IMG/VR virus record: IMGVR_UViG_3300010357_000155
Origin: an uncultured virus (IMG/VR IMGVR_UViG_3300010357_000155)
Taxonomy: Duplodnaviria > Heunggongvirae > Uroviricota > Caudoviricetes
Reading direction: 5' to 3' (one strand)
Length of the DNA stretch: 20,000 nt
The notes below the pieces were generated by a model. That model saw only the letters and a list, made by a program, of their open reading frames with translations, was not told where the DNA came from and searched no databases. The position numbers and the translations under genes were made by a program. Below, piece after piece: positions 1 through 9,038 of this stretch (position 1 is its first letter; each line of letters begins with the position of its first letter).

Positions 1-269
1 ATAGTTTTTAAATAGCTATAGATATTATTATGTAAAAAAATAGCTTTTTCTATAAATGTTTGTGTCGTATATGGAAATTGCCCTGAACATTTAGGACAAC
101 CTTGACCATTTAAATGGTTAAATAATAACTGTTTAAATTCACCATGATCAGGACATATAATTGTGATAGGTGTTTTGGCGTTCACATATTTTATAAATGA
201 ATAATCATACAACTCACCATGAATTGCTTTTAATCTTTTTACAATTTCAGTTTCTGAAAGTTTTTTCAT
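1..269 (-). CDS. DUF723-like Zn-ribbon repeat protein, probable free-standing homing endonuclease (5' part only; runs off the window start)
   Basis: Manual translation from ATG at 269 is open to base 1: MKKLSETEIVKRLKAIHGELYDYSFIKYVNAKTPITIICPDHGEFKQLLFNHLNGQGCPKCSGQFPYTTQTFIEKAIFLHNNIYSYLKT. HGxxYDYS...IICPxHGxFxQ...HLxGxGCPKC is the DUF723-type repeat and a second repeat begins at FIEKA. No nuclease domain is visible within the window. Confidence 0.8.
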   Translation of the reverse strand, partial: MKKLSETEIVKRLKAIHGELYDYSFIKYVNAKTPITIICPDHGEFKQLLFNHLNGQGCPKCSGQFPYTTQTFIEKAIFLHNNIYSYLKT

Positions 270-301
270 CTAAATATCTTATCTATGACAGGTCTAGACA
301 T
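266..301 (-). CDS. 11-aa leader ORF (MSRPVIDKIFR) coupled to the DUF723 gene
   Basis: AAAGGA SD 6 nt upstream of ATG 301; its TGA overlaps the downstream ATG (ATGA, 269-266); the downstream ATG has no SD of its own. Confidence 0.45.
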   Translation of the reverse strand: MSRPVIDKIFR

Positions 302-354
302 GTGAAGTCCTTTATTGAATAGTCAGAAAATTTGTTTATAAAATAAAAAAGAAA

Positions 355-380
355 CATCCAGAGAGTTTCCTCTCTGGATG
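355..380 (-). terminator. Intrinsic terminator after the tail fibre gene
   Basis: Perfect 11-bp stem CATCCAGAGAG/CTCTCTGGATG, 4-nt loop, followed on the minus strand by TTTCTTTTTTATTTT. Confidence 0.85.
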
Positions 381-391
381 CTCTTATTACA

Positions 392-3223
392 TTAGTACTT
401 GATATAGCTATAAGAACCAAACGGCTCATCAGCTGAAAAATCAGGAAGAACAAATTTAGAAGTATTGATAACTAGGTCATTAGGAACAATAGTTCCGTCG
501 AAGTAAGGAGAGTAATCATTAATATCTGAAGAAAATGAAGCGGTATAAACGGTAGAAACAGTTACAGTACCATTCCAACCGCCTAACAAATAAATTCTAT
601 TTTTAAGTATAATTGCTTGTGACCAATCTAGAATAGAAGGTATGGAAGTACCAGTTGTCCAGGTTCCCAACGTACCATCTGAACTAATCGGTGCAGTATA
701 CACTGTAGTTGTCCAGCTAGTGCCGTTATAACCACCTAATAAATATGCACGATTAGATGTTACAACAGCCTGGGAACCATACAAAGCACCAGGTAATGAA
801 TTAGCAGTTGACCATACACCAATTACGCCATCGCTATTAATGGTAGCTGTATAAACAGTTGAAACAAATGTTGATGTACTACTACTTTGTCCGCTACAAA
901 TATAAACACGATTTTTAGTAATAATCACAGATGATGAATACAAAGGACCTGGTAACGAAGTGTCTATTACCCAAGCACCAATGGTACCGTCAGCATTAAT
1001 TGGTGCTGTATAAACAGTGGAAAGAATAGTAGTGGCGTTACTACCTCCTAACAGATAAACACGGTTCTTAGTAACAACAGCCTGAGAACCAAATATACCC
1101 CCAGGTAATGGAAGATCAGCAACCCAAGTACCGATAGTACCATCCAAATTAATCGGAGCAGTATAAACATTGGAAACAGCAGCAGTTCCATTGTAACCAC
1201 CTAACAAATATACACGATTCTTAGTGACAATGGATTGTGATTGAGCTAATACAATAGGTAGGGCTGTGCCTGCAGTCCAAGTTCCTAATGTACCGTCTGA
1301 ATTTATAGCTGCAGTATAAACTGCAGCGGTAGGTGGCATACCAGCACCAACACCACCACCTAAAAGATAAACACGATTAGAGGTTACAATAACCTGACCC
1401 GCACCTATCGCGGCAGGTAAAGCTGTACCTGCAGTCCAACCTGTGATATCAGTAGACTGAGTCGTATTGATCTGATACTGTTTTTGCCAAGGTTTACCAG
1501 AACCAGGCATCATGTAGTTAGTTAAATTGTCATCTTGATAATAACCGGAATAATCATTTAAACCACCGTTAATAGATGCGGAATAAATTGTAGCCAGTGC
1601 GGAGGTTCCATTCCAACCACCTAATAGATAGACACGATTATTAGTAACGATGGTTTGTGAATGCCCTAAAGCACTAGGTAACGGTGTCGTGACTGTCCAT
1701 GTTCCTAACGTACCATCACTATTAATCTTAGTTTTATAACATGTTGTTATATATGTAGCAGAAGCAGTTGCTCCGCCAAATAAATAAACAGTATTTTTGG
1801 TAACTAAAACTTGAGCTGCCGCCATAGCGTTAGGTAACGGAAGATCAGCAACCCAACTACCTAATGTACCGTCACTATTAATTGCAGCAGTGTATACAGT
1901 CGATAAAAATGTTGTTGTGTTCCGGCCACCTAACAGATAAACACGGTTCTTAGTAACAACAAATTGTGATTGCGCAATGGCCTCAGGTAACGCAGTTCCA
2001 GTAGTCCAAGCGCCTAACGTACCATCACTATTAATAGGAGCAGTATACACCGTACCAATATAAGCACTAGCATTGACCCCACCTAACAGATAAACACGAT
2101 TCTTTGTGATAACTGCTTGCGACATAGCTAACACACCAGGTAACGATGTATCTGTTACCCAAGTGCCGAGTGTACCGTCATCATTAATAACTGCAGTATA
2201 AACTACGTTAGTAGAGACGGTAGATGCATTTTCCCCACCTAACAGATAAACACGGTTCTTAGTAACGATAGCTTGCGATACTCCTAAAACACCAGGAAGA
2301 GGTGATCCAGTAGTCCAAACACCTAACGTACCGTCAGCATTAATTGGAGCAGTGTAAACAGCAGAACTATATGCAGATCCATTTGTTCCACCACAAAAAT
2401 ACACACGGTTCTTTGTCACAATAGCTGACGATGTGTATCGTGCAGAAGGTAATGCTGTTTCGGTTACCCAACCAATAATCTCTATAGACTGTGTCGCATT
2501 GATGTCATACTGCTGCTGCCAAGGGCGGCCTGCACCAGGAATAGAATTTTGAACAAAGTTATCACCAATCACGGCATATAAATTAGCGTATGTTGTTTTA
2601 TTGACTTCAGCGCCATTACACTTTAAGAAACCAGCAGGTGTGGTGCTATAAGGTTTACGAAGAATATCACCAACAGCAATTCCGCCACCACTAACAAGTG
2701 AATCAACATACTGTTTAGTAGCAGCATGTGTGGATAAAGTAGGGTTTTGACTTAACGTCAAGAATCCAGTTAATGTTCCTCCTGCTGATGAAACACCATC
2801 CAAAATACCATAACCACTTAAGGTTGTTGGTAATGTGTTGCTATTGATCTTTGACCAATCAACACCAAAAGGAATGTCTGCATCTGTAAGATTACCACCA
2901 CTTGTAACAATACCTTTAGCATTAACAGTAACTTTACCATAGCTACCTGGTATGACACCACTATTCGCAAGTGTAAATACACTCCCACCTTCAACTGTTT
3001 GTAAATCACCAGTTAAAGCAGGAAGTCTTGCAGCTGATAAAGTTCCACCAGTTAAATTACTGGCACTAACGCTATTAAAATATGCGTCGACATATTGCTT
3101 AGGAACAGCTTCTAATGTCTGACTAGGGTTGCCAGCCAATAATAACGGACCAGAAATATTACCACCGTTTTCTGAAATGCCGCCACCAGCATATCCACCC
3201 TGTTCGTAAAGATCAAGTCTCAT
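392..3223 (-). CDS. Tail fibre / receptor-binding protein with a split tail-collar domain and 12 Kelch-like repeats
   Basis: AAGGAG SD; two fibre repeats GG(N/T)(I/L)(S/T)GxLxLxxNP...KQYVD; GSYGKVTVNAKGIVT fibre motif; collar motif PAGFLKCNGAEVNKTTYANLYAVIG; 12 repeats of ~52 aa (KNRVYLLGG...VYTAPINxDGTLGxW...LP); C-terminal FVLPDF...YIKY. Confidence 0.85.
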   Translation of the reverse strand: MRLDLYEQGGYAGGGISENGGNISGPLLLAGNPSQTLEAVPKQYVDAYFNSVSASNLTGGTLSAARLPALTGDLQTVEGGSVFTLANSGVIPGSYGKVTVNAKGIVTSGGNLTDADIPFGVDWSKINSNTLPTTLSGYGILDGVSSAGGTLTGFLTLSQNPTLSTHAATKQYVDSLVSGGGIAVGDILRKPYSTTPAGFLKCNGAEVNKTTYANLYAVIGDNFVQNSIPGAGRPWQQQYDINATQSIEIIGWVTETALPSARYTSSAIVTKNRVYFCGGTNGSAYSSAVYTAPINADGTLGVWTTGSPLPGVLGVSQAIVTKNRVYLLGGENASTVSTNVVYTAVINDDGTLGTWVTDTSLPGVLAMSQAVITKNRVYLLGGVNASAYIGTVYTAPINSDGTLGAWTTGTALPEAIAQSQFVVTKNRVYLLGGRNTTTFLSTVYTAAINSDGTLGSWVADLPLPNAMAAAQVLVTKNTVYLFGGATASATYITTCYKTKINSDGTLGTWTVTTPLPSALGHSQTIVTNNRVYLLGGWNGTSALATIYSASINGGLNDYSGYYQDDNLTNYMMPGSGKPWQKQYQINTTQSTDITGWTAGTALPAAIGAGQVIVTSNRVYLLGGGVGAGMPPTAAVYTAAINSDGTLGTWTAGTALPIVLAQSQSIVTKNRVYLLGGYNGTAAVSNVYTAPINLDGTIGTWVADLPLPGGIFGSQAVVTKNRVYLLGGSNATTILSTVYTAPINADGTIGAWVIDTSLPGPLYSSSVIITKNRVYICSGQSSSTSTFVSTVYTATINSDGVIGVWSTANSLPGALYGSQAVVTSNRAYLLGGYNGTSWTTTVYTAPISSDGTLGTWTTGTSIPSILDWSQAIILKNRIYLLGGWNGTVTVSTVYTASFSSDINDYSPYFDGTIVPNDLVINTSKFVLPDFSADEPFGSYSYIKY
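476..2539 (-). repeat. Tandem duplication of a 344-codon propeller module (1508-2539 and ~476-1507), each with six ~156-nt blade repeats
   Basis: Module starts PGAGRPWQQQYDINATQS and PGSGKPWQKQYQINTTQS are 1032 nt apart; module ends LNDYSGYY and INDYSPYF. Confidence 0.9.
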
Positions 3224-3254
3224 GTTAACTCCTTAAGTTAGCCTTAAATATGGT

Positions 3255-3265
3255 TCACAGAATTC
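3255..3265 (-). promoter_or_regulatory. Candidate late promoter motif GAATTCTGTGA upstream of the tail fibre gene
   Basis: Matches the RAATTYTNTGA motif also seen at 323-333(-), 3302-3312(+) and 13942-13952(-). Confidence 0.45.
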
Positions 3266-3301
3266 TTTTAATCAATTAGCTGTATTAAAAAAATAAAGGC
3301 A

Positions 3302-3312
3302 GAATTTTGTGA
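3302..3312 (+). promoter_or_regulatory. Candidate late promoter motif GAATTTTGTGA upstream of the portal gene
   Basis: Same motif, 20 nt before the portal ATG, divergent from the tail fibre copy. Confidence 0.45.
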
Positions 3313-3332
3313 CTATATAAAGAGGAATTGCT

Positions 3333-5927
3333 ATGCCCGTCAATCCAAGTAGTTTAGTATCTATTATTAAACAAAATAAAGATAAGAAGATGGTCGCTAC
3401 CAAGATCATCGAAACCAATCCTAAGGTTCTTCCAGTACTTCCAAAGTTGATCTCTGATCCTGAGACTTCTAGAAGTATGATGACCAAAGATGATCGTTTA
3501 AATATCAATCGTAACTTGTTAGAAAATATATATCATAAAATCAAATCTGTTAAACAGAACAATAAAAACATTATTAAACTATTCCCGGATATCGAACTTG
3601 CTATTCAGATTCTCGTAAGTTCTATTTTGTCCCCTAAAAAGATGACAGATATTCAGCTTAACTATAAACTGGATAAAAATTTTAATATTAACACAGTTGC
3701 GTTGGCAACCATTATTGAAAAGGTAAAGACCTATATTAACGATGAATATGAACTTGAAGAGAAGCTTCCTGAAATTCTTCGTGAAGCTTTGTTTAGCTCA
3801 GGTGCATATGCGCTAGCAATTATTCCTGAGTCTTCTGTTGACGAAGTCATCAACACAGATCTTCTGCCGTCTTATTCCACGGAAGATTTTAAACAACGTG
3901 CAGATATTCTCATTCATAACCTAAGTAAACCAATTAATATTCTTGGAACAACAAATAGAGCTGTCGCACTAGAAACAACAGCTAAACCGGATAACTTTAT
4001 CCAACACCTTGCTTCTGAAGCATTTGTTAACATCACTGATAATATCGGTGTATTGAAATTCAATTCTATCCGTGAAAAGATTAATAAGTCTATTGTTAAT
4101 AACGCTATTAAGAAAAACATTGCTATTTCTACAGAGTCTCGGGAAAAGCTCGACTACCTAGATATCTTTAGACAGAAAACATCTATATCTGCTAATAAAG
4201 ATATTGAATTTCTTAAAACTAAAACTGAGACAAAACGTAAGTCTATCGGTAAACCGATGGTTATTAAAATTCCGACTGAGTCAGTTATTCCTATTTTTAT
4301 TCCCGGTGATGAAACGGAACACATTGGTTACTTCATCTTGTTAGATGAAACTGGTAAACCTTTAAACACTGAGATCAAAGATAACGACGTTAGCCAGCTT
4401 AATTCTATCATTAATCAATCTAGTTCAAGTAGTCAGCTGTCGCCGGTCCAGAAGGCTTACAATAGCCTTGTAGGGGATACTAACACTAATGTTGATATCA
4501 ATCAGTTATTTGGCATGTATAAAGATGTTCTTGAACGTCAAATTTATCAGTCTGTTAAGAATAGTCTTTATGGATCAAATATTGAAATTGCAAATAAGAA
4601 CGACATCTACTTCTTGATGTTTACTCGTGCTCTTGCTGATCAGAGAACCAGTGTTCTTTATGTTCCTAGGAACTTACTTATCTATTTTGCTTTCTACTAC
4701 AGTGAACTAGGTATCGGTAAATCTCTTCTTGAAAACTTATCTGTATTGTGTAGTCTTCGTGCTATTCTCTTGTTCTCCAAGGTTATGGCATATGCTAAAC
4801 AATCTATCGATGTTACCAAGGTAAATATTTCTCTTGATCCGAATGATCCTGATCCTGAGAAAACGATTGAGCAAGTTCAAGACTCTGTTCTTAAGCTTCG
4901 ACAGAACTATTTCCCATTGGGTATTAATAACCCTGTTGATCTGGTTAACTGGATTCAACGTGCTGGTTTACAATTTAGTTATAGTAACAATCCCTTGTTA
5001 CCTAATATTCAAATTGACTTTGAAAACGCCAATATTCAACATACCATCCCAAGTTCTGAACTTGAGGAAGATCTTCGTAAACAAACTATCCTTGCACTTG
5101 GTTTGACACCAGAAACAATTGATAACGGATTTACACCTGAGTTTGCAACCACCGTTGTAAATAATAACATTCTGTTATCTAAGCGTATATCTATTTATCA
5201 AAAAGCTTTGATTAAACATTTGTCAAACATGCTTTCAACAATTATCTATAACGATGAAGATCTTCGTAGTCAACTTCGTAAAGAAATCCTTGAAAATCTG
5301 GATTCTCTAAATGAACAACTAGACGATGAAGAAAAACAATTACTTACTAAGAGTAAAGATGAATTTGTAGAATATTTCTTAAACAAGTTCGGTGAAAGTT
5401 TGTATATTGAATTACCGAAACCTGAAAATACAAATCTGACCAATTTGTCAGCTGAATACGATATCTATAAAGATAACCTTGATAAGGTTCTTGACTCTGT
5501 TATGTCTAGCGAAATCTTCAGTGAGAATATTGCTGGTGAACTTTCCAACCATATTGATACGATTAAGAATATCTATAAACATCATTTGCTTCGTGCTTGG
5601 ATGGCCAATAATAACTTCTATCCAGAGGTTCTTGAATTTGGTAAACAGAACAATGAAACAGATGATGCTGACAAATTGCTTGATCTTATTAAAGAGCATT
5701 TGGTAGGTACGTCTAGAAATGCTGACAAGTTACTTAACCTTCTTCAGACTTATAAAGAAGCGCTTAATAAAGATCTTGAAATAGTTGCTGGTGACGCTGG
5801 TGCTGATTCTTCCTCATCTTCTTCGTCATTTGACGAAAATGGTGGTGATAATGAAGATGAGTCTGGTGGCGGAACAGGCGGCGATGATTTCGGTATCTCT
5901 GATGCTGACTTAGATTTGAAACTGTAA
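3333..5927 (+). CDS. Portal protein, phiKZ gp129-like
   Basis: 864 aa; GAGGA SD; PDIELAIQILVSSILSP, ALFxxGAY, GYFILLDETGKP and FATTVVNNNILLSKR motifs recalled from the phiKZ gp129 family; convergent orientation to the capsid/RNAP block as in phiKZ-like phages; acidic low-complexity C-tail. Confidence 0.75.
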   Translation: MPVNPSSLVSIIKQNKDKKMVATKIIETNPKVLPVLPKLISDPETSRSMMTKDDRLNINRNLLENIYHKIKSVKQNNKNIIKLFPDIELAIQILVSSILSPKKMTDIQLNYKLDKNFNINTVALATIIEKVKTYINDEYELEEKLPEILREALFSSGAYALAIIPESSVDEVINTDLLPSYSTEDFKQRADILIHNLSKPINILGTTNRAVALETTAKPDNFIQHLASEAFVNITDNIGVLKFNSIREKINKSIVNNAIKKNIAISTESREKLDYLDIFRQKTSISANKDIEFLKTKTETKRKSIGKPMVIKIPTESVIPIFIPGDETEHIGYFILLDETGKPLNTEIKDNDVSQLNSIINQSSSSSQLSPVQKAYNSLVGDTNTNVDINQLFGMYKDVLERQIYQSVKNSLYGSNIEIANKNDIYFLMFTRALADQRTSVLYVPRNLLIYFAFYYSELGIGKSLLENLSVLCSLRAILLFSKVMAYAKQSIDVTKVNISLDPNDPDPEKTIEQVQDSVLKLRQNYFPLGINNPVDLVNWIQRAGLQFSYSNNPLLPNIQIDFENANIQHTIPSSELEEDLRKQTILALGLTPETIDNGFTPEFATTVVNNNILLSKRISIYQKALIKHLSNMLSTIIYNDEDLRSQLRKEILENLDSLNEQLDDEEKQLLTKSKDEFVEYFLNKFGESLYIELPKPENTNLTNLSAEYDIYKDNLDKVLDSVMSSEIFSENIAGELSNHIDTIKNIYKHHLLRAWMANNNFYPEVLEFGKQNNETDDADKLLDLIKEHLVGTSRNADKLLNLLQTYKEALNKDLEIVAGDAGADSSSSSSSFDENGGDNEDESGGGTGGDDFGISDADLDLKL

Positions 5928-5941
5928 AAAAAAAAAATAAG

Positions 5942-5969
5942 CCTAGAGAGGGATCACTCCCTCTCTAGG
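5942..5969. terminator. Bidirectional terminator between convergent genes
   Basis: 12-bp perfect stem CCTAGAGAGGGA/TCCCTCTCTAGG, with an A12 run on the left and TCTTTT on the right. Confidence 0.85.
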
Positions 5970-5978
5970 TCTTTTATG

Positions 5979-7286
5979 TTACACCTTCTTAATAAAGATA
6001 TCGCCGTTCAAAGCCATGGCGAATTGCAGAACAATCTTATCGATTGTAACCATATAGAATGTAAAGGTCTTTTGCTTGCTAAGAATAGTCTTGGCTGCAG
6101 ACATGATAAACACATTAATCAGATTATCTTCGATCTTGGTTAATTTGGTAGGTGCTTCAAGAACACCAAGTTCATGTGAGTATTTATCAACAAACGAGAT
6201 AACATGCTTTTCAGGAACATAAGTAACTTTCTTACCTTCCTGTTGATCGATACCACCGAGATCATTAAGACTGTTCTTAACCTGGGTGATGAAGGCATTC
6301 ATATAGTTAATCAGTTCGTCTTCAAGATCTTCTTCAGTATCTTCCAGATTACGGAGGAACTTCAGAAGCTCATTGAAATCAGCCATGAAAGAATCGATAT
6401 GAACTTCAACCGGAGAATTAACGGCAATAAAGTCATTGATCGTATCAGTCATGATCGTATCAAATGCATCAAGCATGTGAATATCATACTTATTAGTCAG
6501 AGTAGGCCAGGCTGCTTTGACTGCTTTATACATATTCTTGATATCATTGTCAAGAATAAGTTCATTGAATTTTGCTTGGTCAGCAGCCTTATAGAAGCTA
6601 TTTTCAACCAGGTAATGGCCGACCGAAATAAGTTTGTTAACACCCTCATCATGAGCATGATCGATACAGCTTTCGACAGCTTCTTCGAAACAATCAGTCA
6701 GCGTCAGTTTATCTTTTTGTTCATAAATTTGATTTGCTTTCACTTCGTCACAAAAGGTAGTCAGTGTAACTTTGTTATTACCGTTGAACTTAATACCTTT
6801 TGTCACGGTGATGCTAAATTCTTTACTCACTGGAGGAGTTTCAACTACTTCTTCCATAGGTTGCACCATATTTGTATTCGTTGATTGGAAACGAGAATCC
6901 ATTGTATAATCCCCGTCAGGAAATGCTGTCCCACTGACACCACCAGTGATCGCTTGGTTTTGATTACCAAAACGACCAGTGTTCATCGGCATACCACCCA
7001 TCACAGGCATACCACCGTTCATCGGCATCATATTCATATTCATAGGCATGCCAGTGTTCATTGGCATGTTAGGATTCATATTGGAAGGCATCATACCACC
7101 GCCTCCAGACAAAGCCTGAGCTTGCTGAGGAGTGACTACCATTCCATTCGGTAGCATAATCATACCGTTAGGAAGCTGAATAACATTACCTGCATTCTGC
7201 GGTTGTTGCATTTGCTGTTGCTGCTGTTGTGGCTGCATACTACGCATATGACCTCCCGCAGGATGTGGGTTATTGAAACGATGCAT
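5979..7286 (-). CDS. Hypothetical protein in the phiKZ gp124 position, with a Met/Gln/Pro/Gly/Asn-rich disordered N-terminus
   Basis: AAGGAG SD; 435 aa; lies directly downstream of the gp123-like gene. Homology inferred from position only. Confidence 0.7.
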   Translation of the reverse strand: MHRFNNPHPAGGHMRSMQPQQQQQQMQQPQNAGNVIQLPNGMIMLPNGMVVTPQQAQALSGGGGMMPSNMNPNMPMNTGMPMNMNMMPMNGGMPVMGGMPMNTGRFGNQNQAITGGVSGTAFPDGDYTMDSRFQSTNTNMVQPMEEVVETPPVSKEFSITVTKGIKFNGNNKVTLTTFCDEVKANQIYEQKDKLTLTDCFEEAVESCIDHAHDEGVNKLISVGHYLVENSFYKAADQAKFNELILDNDIKNMYKAVKAAWPTLTNKYDIHMLDAFDTIMTDTINDFIAVNSPVEVHIDSFMADFNELLKFLRNLEDTEEDLEDELINYMNAFITQVKNSLNDLGGIDQQEGKKVTYVPEKHVISFVDKYSHELGVLEAPTKLTKIEDNLINVFIMSAAKTILSKQKTFTFYMVTIDKIVLQFAMALNGDIFIKKV

Positions 7287-7298
7287 TTATTTTTCTCC

Positions 7299-9038
7299 TT
7301 AATCTGTGTCGATTTGTTCCATCAGTTCAAAATCGTCCGACTCTATATCATCGTCGTCGACTCCGCCAACCTCAATCAATAGCTCTGGAATAATATCATC
7401 ATTATCCTCAATGGTGTCAGAGGTAACAATGTTAGCCAGAAGTTTATCTGTTTCTTCGATAATGTTATTGTAAATAGGATGCGGTAGTACAGAACCTGTT
7501 GCAGGATCAATGTTAACATATGGGTTGAGTCGAACAACTGGAACAGGGTTCTTTTTACTCAAACCAAGAATACTACCAACTGTAGCCATACTAGCCACAA
7601 TCTTTTTCTTTTCAGACGTGTTTACGTCTGCGTTATTAATATTAACAAAATCAGATTCCTGCTGAACAACCATAGCCGTGTTTTTCGGATACAGATGATC
7701 GCCTGAATATTCAATACTTGTAACGTACTGCTTATCCTTTTTCAAAGAGAAGATAGCACGTGTAACAAAATACTTCTTAAAGATCTTATCAACAATTTTA
7801 CTTTCAAGCTTATCGTTACCAATACGAAGCTCTTCTTTATTAATATCAAGAACAATACGAGTAATACGAGAAGTCAAGTGCGACAAAATAAACGACTCAA
7901 TCTCATAAGTCTTGTTATGATATAGACTACGAACTTCTGCGTTCATAATCCAATTATTAAAGTTCTTAAAGATAACTGCTAGCAACCTTATTAGATTACC
8001 AGAGTCAACACCAATGTCACGAAGTTTGTTAATCGTGATAGTGTCGAAATTAGAATTCAGATCGTTAAAGTGTGCGTTGATCTTTTCGCTCAAGTAAGCA
8101 AGTCCATGGTTACCTGAGTGGATAATTTCACCAAGCAAACGCTTCCAGATCAACGTGTTATCTAACTCATCAATACTGATAGCTTCAGGGAAGTTATCGA
8201 TGATATAGAACATGTTCCCAATGACATAAAGAACATCTTCATTATACTTATCTTCATCCACCAGGAACTTAATGTTCGTAGTTTGATAAAGTGTTTTATT
8301 CCGAATATAACCATGAGGAGCATTACCTGTGCTCGACATAATTACTTTGTCGTTTTTGCTGTAATCATAAACCGGAGTAGGAACAAACCCAAGTAAGATT
8401 TGCATAGCCTTGGTATAACCATAGTTAGCAAGCAAGTAGTGCATAACTGTAGTATTAGCCTTAGTCGTGTCTTCTAGCTTTTTAACTTGATTCTTATACA
8501 ACTCTGTGTTAACAATGGACACACGGTTAAACACACCACTGGACTGTCCAGCTTGTTGAACTTGAATACTGAAGTAAGTACGAGTAAAACTATACTTAGC
8601 AGTCAGAATGTTAATAAAGATAATTTTATCACCGATACTAATAACCTTATCCGATAGGACAGGCATCACAAGAAAGTTATTACCACTCAGATGAATGATA
8701 TTACCCTTGTTCATGTACGGAATATAGAACTGATGATGACGAATATTTTCTTCATCACCATACTTAAACATAAAGTCAACAAGATAGATATCATTTTCAG
8801 CGATATCATAAACAACCTTGCTGGTTTTGTTAAAAAGAAACTTAATCTCTTCCTTGGGCAACAGTTCCCTGTAACCCAAGTATTCTAAATGCGTGTTCGT
8901 CTTACTGTTACAGCTATATTTAATAAAGTTATCGATATAGTTAATTGCGTAGTTCAGTCGATGATAACAAAGACCTTCTACTGCATGCTTATTAAATTTA
9001 GGAGTTTTATCCGCTATAAATCCGGCTAGTGTTTTCAA
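7299..9038 (-). CDS. Non-virion RNA polymerase subunit, phiKZ gp123-like (N-terminal beta-like fragment)
   Basis: 579 aa; TTG start with GAGGAG SD; TPKFN..VEGL, YIPY..KGN...LSG...VMPVLSDKVIS, HYLLA.YG and RLNPYV motifs recalled from gp123 homologs; two genes downstream of the capsid gene as in phiKZ-like phages. Confidence 0.75.
   Translation of the reverse strand: MKTLAGFIADKTPKFNKHAVEGLCYHRLNYAINYIDNFIKYSCNSKTNTHLEYLGYRELLPKEEIKFLFNKTSKVVYDIAENDIYLVDFMFKYGDEENIRHHQFYIPYMNKGNIIHLSGNNFLVMPVLSDKVISIGDKIIFINILTAKYSFTRTYFSIQVQQAGQSSGVFNRVSIVNTELYKNQVKKLEDTTKANTTVMHYLLANYGYTKAMQILLGFVPTPVYDYSKNDKVIMSSTGNAPHGYIRNKTLYQTTNIKFLVDEDKYNEDVLYVIGNMFYIIDNFPEAISIDELDNTLIWKRLLGEIIHSGNHGLAYLSEKINAHFNDLNSNFDTITINKLRDIGVDSGNLIRLLAVIFKNFNNWIMNAEVRSLYHNKTYEIESFILSHLTSRITRIVLDINKEELRIGNDKLESKIVDKIFKKYFVTRAIFSLKKDKQYVTSIEYSGDHLYPKNTAMVVQQESDFVNINNADVNTSEKKKIVASMATVGSILGLSKKNPVPVVRLNPYVNIDPATGSVLPHPIYNNIIEETDKLLANIVTSDTIEDNDDIIPELLIEVGGVDDDDIESDDFELMEQIDTD

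Noticed and set aside
476..2539. Regularly spaced ~29-nt repeats as a CRISPR array or DGR template/variable repeat
   Set aside because: Repeats are in-frame coding with a ~156-nt period and degenerate; no adenine-specific mismatch pattern was apparent and no cas or reverse transcriptase gene is in the window.
5926..5937. Poly-A tracts (also 13962-13972 and 17005-17016) as phase-variation or retro-insertion signals
   Set aside because: All lie essentially outside coding sequence, adjacent to hairpins, and are explained as terminator U tracts.
6204..7154. 226-aa and His-rich 89-aa ORFs on the + strand
   Set aside because: Antisense to the 435-aa gene; the His richness is just the reverse complement of ATG (Met) codons.
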